A DNA stretch of 64,000 nucleotides. Origin: Alcanivorax sp. (GTDB lineage: Bacteria; Pseudomonadota; Alphaproteobacteria; Micavibrionales; Micavibrionaceae). The notes beneath the pieces are model-generated. The model worked only from the letters and a program-made list of their open reading frames with translations. It made no database searches and was not told where the DNA came from. How positions within the stretch are numbered: position 1 is the stretch's first letter; each line of letters starts with the position of its first letter. Shown here one piece after another: positions 1 through 7,634 of this stretch. Location: the NCBI GenBank assembly GCA_051967755.1, contig JBQDYD010000006.1, forward strand, positions 56,482-120,481, given 5' to 3'. Both the position numbers and the translations under genes were made by a program.

Positions 1-20
1 GAAATACTATAATAGCAAGT

Positions 21-305
21 ATGGCGAATAACATTACCAAACATTTACGCATCTTCGGACGTGTTCAGGGCGTGTATTACCGCGCATGGACTGTACAAAC
101 AGCCACCGATCTTGGCCTGACAGGATGGGTTCGGAACCGCAAGGACGGAAGCGTAGAAGCCATCGCCACAGGCCCGAAAGACACCGTGGAGCGTCTGATC
201 ACGGCCTGCTATCAAGGGCCTGAGCGCGCCAAGGTTGAAACAATCCAAATTACCGATGGTGTTGATGAAAACCTATCAACGTTCGAATTTCGTGAAACCG
301 CGTAA
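21..305 (+). CDS. acyP: acylphosphatase
   Basis: 94-aa [12 protein letters not shown] and [12 protein letters not shown] match the two acylphosphatase signature motifs, and the length is typical of the family. Confidence 0.9.
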   Translation: MANNITKHLRIFGRVQGVYYRAWTVQTATDLGLTGWVRNRKDGSVEAIATGPKDTVERLITACYQGPERAKVETIQITDGVDENLSTFEFRETA

Positions 306-371
306 ATATCGAAACGGACAGACTTGGATAAACTCAGATTCGCAATATTAACCACTGATTTAAAATAAAAA

Positions 372-1001
372 ATGACTCAAGACGTACATCCTATTTTATA
401 CTCTTTTCGCCGCTGCCCCTATGCGATGCGCGCGCGCCTGGCACTCTTGCAGGCACAAATAAAGTGGGAACATAGAGAGATCATATTCAGGGATAAGCCT
501 GCGCACATGCTGGAGATATCCCCCAAGGGCACTGTGCCCGTTCTCCTACTGCCCGATGGTACCGTAATTGACGAGAGCCTTGATATCATGCTCTGGGCGC
601 TCGGCGAAAACGATCCTGACAACTGGCTAAGCGAAGATAACAAAACCGAGGCCATGGCGCTCATCAATGAAAATGACACCACATTCAAACGTGCACTGGA
701 TCGCTATAAATACCCAAACAGATACGAGGATGAGGATTGCAGCAATGCGCGCGAAGACGGGCTGGAATTCATCAAAAAGCTCGATACATACCTAACAGAC
801 AGAGACACCCTTCTGCCATCCGGCGCATCCATTGCCGATACAGCGATTTTTCCTTTTATCAGGCAATTTGCCCATGTTGATCGTGACTGGTTCTACGCTC
901 TGCCAACACCAAATATTCATACATGGCTGACCAAACATCTGGAAAGCAACGCCTTTACGACCATAATGAAAAAACATGAATTATGGACGCCCGATTCGTA
1001 A
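372..1001 (+). CDS. glutathione S-transferase family protein
   Basis: 209-aa ORF. The N-terminus has thioredoxin-like GST-fold elements (LYSFRRCPYAMRARLAL, KGTVPVL, DESLDI). Family-level call only. Confidence 0.7.
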   Translation: MTQDVHPILYSFRRCPYAMRARLALLQAQIKWEHREIIFRDKPAHMLEISPKGTVPVLLLPDGTVIDESLDIMLWALGENDPDNWLSEDNKTEAMALINENDTTFKRALDRYKYPNRYEDEDCSNAREDGLEFIKKLDTYLTDRDTLLPSGASIADTAIFPFIRQFAHVDRDWFYALPTPNIHTWLTKHLESNAFTTIMKKHELWTPDS

Positions 1002-1105
1002 AAAACGTACATAAATTAATATTGTAAAAACAATACGATGAGCACAAAAAGAAAATGCGACACATCAAGTATCGCATTAACCAATATTGACCATTTAGGG
1101 CACTA

Positions 1106-1645
1106 TTATTCCGGTGGCGCGTCCACCGCATCCGGCTCTTGCGGGCGATCCTCTACATCATCGTGCTTGGACTTTTCCCAGCGCTCCGCCTTGTCTTTAT
1201 CATGGGGTGGCTTTTTGTGGCGCGGGTGCCCACGACCCGTTAATTTTTCAATCGTATGATCGGCAAGCTTAACGCGCTCCTCCTGAGGTAGTTTTGCAAA
1301 TACTTCTTTGATCGCATCAATACGGTCGCGCATAAATATACCATTAAACTCAACCATTTTTTCCGCCACCTTATCATACGCCAGCGCGTCAAAATCCTCC
1401 GCGATAAGCACTTCTTTCATCGCCATTTTATTATCGCGCATTTCCTTAAAAGCAGTGCGCATATTTTTCCACCTGCCTTTAAACGTATCCTTTAATATAC
1501 CCCTTGTCTCAGGCGCTAATGTCTCCTTCACCTGATGCCAATCGGCATGTTTTTTCATTTTTTGGAAATGCCCCACCATCAGGCCAATAAACAAAACATT
1601 CAGGATGATTGATAAGGTAAATATAACTTTTATTTTCTTGCTCAT
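1106..1645 (-). CDS. periplasmic Spy/CpxP/ZraP-like protein (heavy-metal-sensor type)
   Basis: 179 aa with an N-terminal hydrophobic anchor, helical LTXXQ-like segments (LAPETRGIL, LPQEERVKL) and a His/Lys/Asp-rich tail. It overlaps the upstream anti-sigma ORF by 4 nt, which is the usual position after ECF sigma/anti-sigma pairs. Confidence 0.5.
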   Translation of the reverse strand: MSKKIKVIFTLSIILNVLFIGLMVGHFQKMKKHADWHQVKETLAPETRGILKDTFKGRWKNMRTAFKEMRDNKMAMKEVLIAEDFDALAYDKVAEKMVEFNGIFMRDRIDAIKEVFAKLPQEERVKLADHTIEKLTGRGHPRHKKPPHDKDKAERWEKSKHDDVEDRPQEPDAVDAPPE

Positions 1646-1980
1646 AAGAACTCCCCGTAATCTATATCACTTTCCATGATTAATGTTTCCGCATCGAGCG
1701 CCGTAGACGCCACAGTGTATCCGGCATATTCGGTGATGCTGTCACTATAGCCGCCCATAATAAAGCCGCACATCAAAACCAACGTCATAACCAATGCAGG
1801 CTGCGGAATAACAAAAAGCTGTGACACACCATCCATAAACGATTTTATGCCTTTTAACACGCCGCCACTTTCGGGCGCAGGCTTCAATGATGCCTGAATT
1901 ATTCTATGCTCCAGATTACTGCGCATTTCAGGGACAGATCGCTTCGACAGCAATGCATCTAAGTCTTTATCATGATCCAT
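1642..1980 (-). CDS. anti-sigma factor (single-pass membrane protein)
   Basis: Small ORF overlapping the stop of the ECF sigma gene. It has one central TM helix (PQPALVMTLVLMCGFIMGG). The ATG at 1980 (MDHDKDL...) is preferred over the track start at 1995. Confidence 0.55.
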   Translation of the reverse strand: MDHDKDLDALLSKRSVPEMRSNLEHRIIQASLKPAPESGGVLKGIKSFMDGVSQLFVIPQPALVMTLVLMCGFIMGGYSDSITEYAGYTVASTALDAETLIMESDIDYGEFL

Positions 1981-2575
1981 AATAGTGCCTCCCACTCTCT
2001 TCTTCGTTCAACAATCCTTGCCGCGTTAAAATATCTCTAAGGCCTGATTTCGCCCTCATTAATAATGACTCTAATGCCTTCACACCTATATCCATAATCT
2101 CTGCCGCCTCTTTATTGCTCAGCTCCTCATAAAAACACAGGTTCAGGGCCATCTTTTGTCGCTCAGGCAATTCTTGTATTGCATCCTCTAATAATTTTTG
2201 TTGCTCATCCCCTTCCATCGTATCTTGCTGGTCGGGTGTATTATCCGTAATACGGTCCAGAACATCAGAACCCTTCGAATCTTTTTTCTTACGCGCATAA
2301 TCAATCGCCAGATTGGTTACCACACGATAAAACCATGTCGTAAACTTTGCGCCCTTGCCCGTCTTCCACATGTCAGGTTTCCGCCATAGCTTCAGGAAGG
2401 CTTCCTGAACGATATCTTCCGCCTCATCCTGATAGGGATACATGCGATACGCCGCCGCATAAAACATTTTCGTATGCCGCATAACAAGCAACGAGAAAGC
2501 CTCATGATCCGAACTTTGTATCCGGATCATGAGTTCTTCATCACTTAACTCATCTAATTTCGATGGTGTTGCCAT
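1970..2575 (-). CDS. ECF-type RNA polymerase sigma-70 family factor
   Basis: Region 2 (DEAEDIVQEAFLKLWRKP, FTTWFYRVVTNLAIDYARKK) and the region 4 HTH (LPERQKMALNLCFYEELSNKEAAEIMDIGVKALESLLMRAK) are present. The ATG at 2575 is preferred; the track start at 2590 is a TTG. Confidence 0.9.
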   Translation of the reverse strand: MATPSKLDELSDEELMIRIQSSDHEAFSLLVMRHTKMFYAAAYRMYPYQDEAEDIVQEAFLKLWRKPDMWKTGKGAKFTTWFYRVVTNLAIDYARKKKDSKGSDVLDRITDNTPDQQDTMEGDEQQKLLEDAIQELPERQKMALNLCFYEELSNKEAAEIMDIGVKALESLLMRAKSGLRDILTRQGLLNEEESGRHYYGS

Positions 2576-2599
2576 TAAACCTCGCAACAATGGTTGCCG

Positions 2600-2911
2600 T
2601 TATTCGCCTTCAGGAGGCGCATCGCCATGGCCGCCCTTTTTGCCTTTATGCTCTTTCCATTTTTCTTTCATCTTGGCTCTGGCTTCTTCGGCTTCTTCTT
2701 TCGTGATTTCACCGTTTCCATCCAGATCCATTTTTGAGAACATCTTTTCGGCGCCTTCTAAAAATTCACTTTTAGTCACAACGCCATCACCATTCAAATC
2801 ATGCTTTTCGAACATTTTATGGCCTTTTTTACCGCCATGTGGTCCGGCTTCTGCTGCTGTCGGTACACTCACCGCCAAAGCCAAAGCTGATAGCATAAGT
2901 AATTTTTTCAT
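2600..2911 (-). CDS. secreted EF-hand calcium-binding protein
   Basis: 103 aa with a signal peptide (MKKLLMLSALALAVSVPTAAEA) and two canonical 12-residue EF loops (DLNGDGVVTKSE, DLDGNGEITKEE). The tail is Lys/His/Gly-rich. Confidence 0.85.
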   Translation of the reverse strand: MKKLLMLSALALAVSVPTAAEAGPHGGKKGHKMFEKHDLNGDGVVTKSEFLEGAEKMFSKMDLDGNGEITKEEAEEARAKMKEKWKEHKGKKGGHGDAPPEGE

Positions 2912-3010
2912 TATCCATTCCTCTCGGGTTGATTGCTAATATACCCATATTACGCAGCGTACTTCACAACCCTTCGAAAAAAAATAACACCGAAAAACCC
3001 CTAGTATTCT

Positions 3011-4252
3011 CTAGCTTTTCAGGTCAATCACCACACGATGTTTAGAAGAAAGGTTCGGGCGCAAGATCATCGTATCAAGGATCTTGGTTTTCTTTTTCAG
3101 GCGCACCTCGAACAATACACTCCCGTCTTTATATTGGCGCGCCACATATGTACCGAGTAAGCTGCTCTTCGTGAAACTCTCCTGCGGGCTTAAGCGCCAC
3201 TTCGTTGAATCAAGCTTGATCCGCAATACATTACGCACATGATCGATGGCCACCTTGTACCGCGTGGTTTCCGTTACCTCAATCACCAGACGGGTACGCC
3301 CGGGATGCTTGCCGCTCCGCAATCTAATGGCTTCGGCCAGATACTTTACCGGCGCCTCAGAACTCACCTTCTTCTTAACAGGTTTCTTTACAGGTGGGCG
3401 CACAGAGGCGCTCTTGGTTGCCGCTACCGGTTTTTTATCCGGCACAACAACATCACCATCAGACTGACGAACGCCATTAGAAACTTGCGCCTTTTTGGTA
3501 GGCGCAACATCACGCGCCGCTAATTTCTGCGCCGGGAGTATTGGCGGAACGACGACACCGCCAACCATGCGCTCTTCAGACGTGGTTGGTTTTTTAGCAA
3601 GGAAAGACGCGGTCGATACAGAATTCGCTCTCGGCTTTTCTTTTTTAACAACAACAACGTTTTGCACGGGCTTTCTTTTGGGAACGACCAAAGTCTGGCT
3701 GGATTGATCATCCTCTCCGAAAATCGTTTTAATCTTTTTCAGCAGATCCTGCTCTGCCACTGCATGTGTTGGTTTAGAGATGGAGCTTTCCGCAATTTGA
3801 TAGTTTTCCAACTCCGTATCGCCGGGCTCCAATCGCAAAACGCGCATCTTACCGTCTTGTCCGCTTTTTGCATCAGGTTGAAAATGCGGGCTTAATTCCT
3901 TTTTATTCTTACGTCTGGCCGTATTAACAGCCCCGCGCGCAGCCAAGTGTGCCTGCATCGGGTCAATCACTTCGCTCTTCTCGACAAGGTTCCAATTCCC
4001 CTTCTCTGCCAACAAAATTTCAGATTGAATTTTCTGCGCGGGAACGCGTGCATAATATTCCTGACCGATGGGCGCCTCTTCAGACGCCGCGGGCGATTTT
4101 GTTATATCGGGAAAATTGGGCAAGGATAAATCATCTACGCACGCCGTTAACAATAACGACACACACATGCATAAATATAACCGCAGCGATTTTCCATGAA
4201 AACGAGGACGCAAGACAAAATTTGTTTTGGTTAATAAACACATAGCACGCAA
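3011..4252 (-). CDS. lipoprotein with C-terminal AMIN domain
   Basis: Lipobox LLLTAC, a long low-complexity Lys/Pro/Val-rich middle (PVKKPVKKKV) and a C-terminal AMIN-like pattern (IRLRSGKHPGRTRLVIEV...RVVIDLK). The start codon is uncertain. Confidence 0.45.
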   Translation of the reverse strand: MRAMCLLTKTNFVLRPRFHGKSLRLYLCMCVSLLLTACVDDLSLPNFPDITKSPAASEEAPIGQEYYARVPAQKIQSEILLAEKGNWNLVEKSEVIDPMQAHLAARGAVNTARRKNKKELSPHFQPDAKSGQDGKMRVLRLEPGDTELENYQIAESSISKPTHAVAEQDLLKKIKTIFGEDDQSSQTLVVPKRKPVQNVVVVKKEKPRANSVSTASFLAKKPTTSEERMVGGVVVPPILPAQKLAARDVAPTKKAQVSNGVRQSDGDVVVPDKKPVAATKSASVRPPVKKPVKKKVSSEAPVKYLAEAIRLRSGKHPGRTRLVIEVTETTRYKVAIDHVRNVLRIKLDSTKWRLSPQESFTKSSLLGTYVARQYKDGSVLFEVRLKKKTKILDTMILRPNLSSKHRVVIDLKS

Positions 4253-4316
4253 TCTTTTTTGGGTGGCATCATTTTAAAATCAAGGAGCCTTCAGGTCAAT
4301 TCACACCGCGGCTTCC

Positions 4317-5465
4317 TCACCCCTTATCCACACACCCCTTGATCGCATCATGAGATGTTTTATCAAGCTCATCCCGACTGGGCATAACAAAAGCGGAAAA
4401 AAGTTTTTTAATCAAACGCACATAACGCTCAGGCTTTTTAGACATCAAAATATGCGCAAGCAACATAATAATCCAGACAACCGTCAGAACAACCAACGGC
4501 ACACCTAACGCGGCGCCAAAATATCCGATCCCCCCCATCACGGCGATCAATGATATGATTATAACACTGGCGTAACGCACCGGAATTCCGGCATCAATAA
4601 AATGATGGTGAAAATGCCCGCGATCGGGGGCAAAGGGATGCTTACCATTTGAAACGCGGCGATAAAATTGCGCACATGTATCAAAGATAGGAAAGCCAAT
4701 GATCCACGCAACAACAATCGGCTCAAGCGGTGCACTCGGGTTTCTCGCCAGCAAAACAGAAAACCATGCGATGGTTAACCCCACAGACATACTCCCCGCA
4801 TCCCCTAAAAACAGGCTGGCTCTACGTCTTAACGGATTACGCATATTAAACACCAAAAAACCGCAAAGACATGCCACCAACAGCGCGAGGACATGAACAT
4901 AGTCATACCACCCCGCAGCAACACAGGCGACGATAAACCATCCGAAAATAACAACGGATGTGCCGCCAACCAGACCATCCATCCCGTCCATTAAATTCAT
5001 TGCATTTATCAATAGTACAATCGCGGTAATCGTGAACGGGTAAGACAGAAACCCGGTCCAAACAACGCCCATACCAAACAGGTCGCCCAAATACGCAGCC
5101 TGAACATTACCCCAAAACGAGATCAATGCAGCCGCCAAAATATGTACAACCATCTTTATTTTTGCGGGAATATGAAATTGGTCATCAAGCGCCCCCACAG
5201 TCAGCAAAAGAATAAGGGCAGAATATAAAGACCAATATTTATGGATATTCACATATTCAAACCACAACCCAAGAACCATAAAGGTGGTGAAAATTATAAT
5301 CCCCCCAACCGGCGGAATGGCCTTTTCGTGCTTTTTACGCCCGCCCGGTTTATCTACAATTCCGGATAATCTTGCCAATTTTCTGACAGGCATTATCAAA
5401 AGCACAACAACCAAAAATGCTATTGCCGATGTGAGGAGTACATTAAATGTCAGTGGATCACTCAT
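4317..5465 (-). CDS. polyprenyl-phosphate N-acetylhexosamine-1-phosphate transferase (MraY/WecA, GT4 family)
   Basis: 382-aa polytopic membrane protein with the GALDDQ, NLMDGMDGL and FLGDAGS motifs of the MraY/WecA/WbpL family. Confidence 0.8.
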   Translation of the reverse strand: MSDPLTFNVLLTSAIAFLVVVLLIMPVRKLARLSGIVDKPGGRKKHEKAIPPVGGIIIFTTFMVLGLWFEYVNIHKYWSLYSALILLLTVGALDDQFHIPAKIKMVVHILAAALISFWGNVQAAYLGDLFGMGVVWTGFLSYPFTITAIVLLINAMNLMDGMDGLVGGTSVVIFGWFIVACVAAGWYDYVHVLALLVACLCGFLVFNMRNPLRRRASLFLGDAGSMSVGLTIAWFSVLLARNPSAPLEPIVVAWIIGFPIFDTCAQFYRRVSNGKHPFAPDRGHFHHHFIDAGIPVRYASVIIISLIAVMGGIGYFGAALGVPLVVLTVVWIIMLLAHILMSKKPERYVRLIKKLFSAFVMPSRDELDKTSHDAIKGCVDKG

Positions 5466-5633
5466 ATCTGTCTGTGTTTATCTGTGCCTGTAATTCAAGT
5501 AAAACTAGCACACATAATAAAAAAGAACAGGTACTAATTACAGACCTGCCTTGAAACACACACATAAAACCAAGTAAAGCCATGCCTGTATTCAGACACG
5601 GCTATACACCACATTTTGTGCATATATTATTTT

Positions 5634-5795
5634 TTAGATATAACTACGCAATGTAACAAAAGTTGTGTTTAAGTCTGTACCAATGATCCCGACTGTAACA
5701 ACAATAGCAACCGCGATACCTGCAACAATAAGCCCATATTCAATGGCCGTTGCGCCTGACTCGTCCTGAATATAGCTTTTAATTAAATTCAGCAT
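5634..5795 (-). CDS. flp: Flp family type IVb pilin
   Basis: 53-codon ORF that is absent from the supplied track because it is under 60 aa. Hand translation gives MLNLIKSYIQDESGATAIEYGLIVAGIAVAIVVTVGIIGTDLNTTFVTLRSYI. It carries the Flp motif G/ATAIEYGLI followed by a hydrophobic helix. Confidence 0.8.
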   Translation of the reverse strand: MLNLIKSYIQDESGATAIEYGLIVAGIAVAIVVTVGIIGTDLNTTFVTLRSYI

Positions 5796-5873
5796 AATGC
5801 GTATCCTCTCCTATTACCCTCCATTATGACGCATGAAATGATAAAACTTTGTAAAGATTACATAACATTATAA

Positions 5874-6902
5874 CTAACTATACCGGTCAGGTGACAGAGC
5901 ACTCTCTATGCTGCTTGGGATATCCCGCTCTTTTAAAATCATCTTATTGGCTAAAATCACAGCCGAAAGCAAGCTGCTTAAGATACCATGTGACCCATGG
6001 GCCGTAGAAATATATAGGCTTTCATCTAACGCACCCACCACGGGAAAGTGATCCTTTGACGTTGTGCGCACCCCTGCTCGTGCGCCGCACACATCATACG
6101 CCCCCGTTAATTCGGGTAAATTTTTGACCATTTTTTCAATATTATCTTGATTATCTTCCTCTATCAAATCACTATGATCCAGCCAGCGTTGAAAGGTTGA
6201 CCCCACACAATGCGCCCCATTTATGGACGGTGCCATATACCCACCATAGCCAATTGTTGTTTTCAGGGCGGCAGTCTTATCGCTCTGCTTAATATAGGTA
6301 ACCTGCCCCCTTACGGCTTTTAACGGTAAATGTGATGCCTCGTTGAATGACAAACACCTTACGCCGTTGGCCAAAACGGTAATATCCCCATCCAGCGTGT
6401 TTAGATCCGCAATGGAGCTGTTTAAATAAACCTCAACACCTTTCGCATAATGCGCGCATAGCTTTTTGGGTGAAACCGTGCCCGATTGCGGCAAGTATAA
6501 ACAATCATAAGGGATTTGAACGGCTGATATCTCTGATGCGTCTTGCGCGGATACAATGCGCATCCCCTCTTCGCCCCAGCCCCAGTTTTTGACAGTTTTA
6601 GGGAAACGGCGCTGCTTTTTCTCATCATTCATTAAATGCAGCGCGCCGCATGGATTCCATTCTATGGCATCACCAAAGCCTTCAAACACCGCTAATGCCG
6701 CATAAAATGCGCGGGAGTAAAACTGCCCGACCGCGTCAAATTCCGCCGTAAAGCGCGGGTTGTAAAGCCCTACATCATTCCCCGATGCGCCGCTTGCGAT
6801 ATGATCCGCCGCCTCGTAAATCACAGGCTCCGCGCCTTCCCGCTTCAGGACATAAGCGAGCGCGCAGCCGGCGAGGCCGCCGCCGATAATATTTACGCGC
6901 AT
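5874..6902 (-). CDS. mnmC: FAD-dependent cmnm5s2U34 oxidoreductase (MnmC C-terminal-domain equivalent, separate ORF)
   Basis: Dinucleotide-binding start MRVNIIGGGLAGCALAY and DAO-type oxidoreductase features. The ATG at 6902 is preferred and overlaps the stop of the upstream methyltransferase ORF by 10 nt (ATGCGCGTAA). Confidence 0.75.
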   Translation of the reverse strand: MRVNIIGGGLAGCALAYVLKREGAEPVIYEAADHIASGASGNDVGLYNPRFTAEFDAVGQFYSRAFYAALAVFEGFGDAIEWNPCGALHLMNDEKKQRRFPKTVKNWGWGEEGMRIVSAQDASEISAVQIPYDCLYLPQSGTVSPKKLCAHYAKGVEVYLNSSIADLNTLDGDITVLANGVRCLSFNEASHLPLKAVRGQVTYIKQSDKTAALKTTIGYGGYMAPSINGAHCVGSTFQRWLDHSDLIEEDNQDNIEKMVKNLPELTGAYDVCGARAGVRTTSKDHFPVVGALDESLYISTAHGSHGILSSLLSAVILANKMILKERDIPSSIESALSPDRYS

Positions 6903-7579
6903 GATGCACCCCCTTGGTATGTGCCGACGCACATTTCGCGTTTTCGGCCAAATCCCGGCACTTTGCGCACATCAAAGCCTTGCGCCTCCAGACCGCGGCG
7001 CACGAACCCCGCGGCGGTAAATGTCGCAAATCGGGCCATATTTACAGATAATCGGGCCATATTTTCAAAGACGGTTTCGCTCCACATATCAGGGTTGCTG
7101 GAAGGTTTAAATCCATCCAAAAACCAGCAATCCACATCAGCCGATAATTTGGGCATTTCTTCGTTCACATCACCAAAGATTAAAGTTAAACGCGCGCCAT
7201 CACAAATTTCCAGATCATGCCGCCCCGCCGATATATCATCGGGGTAGACGGAAAGCAGCAGATCAAGCGCCCCGCGAATCCCCTCCCAATGAGAGAGATG
7301 ATCGCGAATATAATTTTTCGTCAGGGGAAATTTCTCAAAGGAAATAAAATGAAGGTTTTTTGGGCGGGTATTAACATCGGCAGATTGCCACAAACAAAGT
7401 GCCGCCAAAAAGTTCAAACCCGTGCCAAAGCCCGTCTCACAGATGGTGAAACGCCCCCTGCCCTGCCAGAATTCAGGCAAGCCGTTGCCGTCTATAAAGA
7501 CATGCCGCGTTTCCGCCAGCCCGTCTTGTACAGAAAAATAAACATCATCAAATTGTTCTGATCTTGGCACTTGGGTCAT
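6893..7579 (-). CDS. mnmC: tRNA mnm5s2U34 methyltransferase (MnmC N-terminal-domain / DUF752 equivalent, separate ORF)
   Basis: 228 aa. The strings SEQFDDVYFS..GLAETRHVF and ICETGFGTGLNFL are typical of the MnmC methyltransferase domain. It lies directly upstream of, and in a different frame from, the FAD domain ORF. Confidence 0.75.
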   Translation of the reverse strand: MTQVPRSEQFDDVYFSVQDGLAETRHVFIDGNGLPEFWQGRGRFTICETGFGTGLNFLAALCLWQSADVNTRPKNLHFISFEKFPLTKNYIRDHLSHWEGIRGALDLLLSVYPDDISAGRHDLEICDGARLTLIFGDVNEEMPKLSADVDCWFLDGFKPSSNPDMWSETVFENMARLSVNMARFATFTAAGFVRRGLEAQGFDVRKVPGFGRKREMCVGTYQGGASCA

Positions 7580-7634
7580 TTTATCTTTATATAGTGTTAT
7601 TGTTTTTAGTCATATAGAAAACCAAAGGATTACT

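Noticed and set aside
2529-2939. 136-aa plus-strand ORF from the track, which overlaps the EF-hand and sigma-factor genes.
   Set aside because: It is entirely antisense to two ORFs with strong family motifs, and its translation is low-complexity (Ser/Pro/Phe-rich). It is a typical shadow ORF. The same reasoning applies to 45..248, 419..688, 1038..1259, 1308..1535 and 2198..2389.
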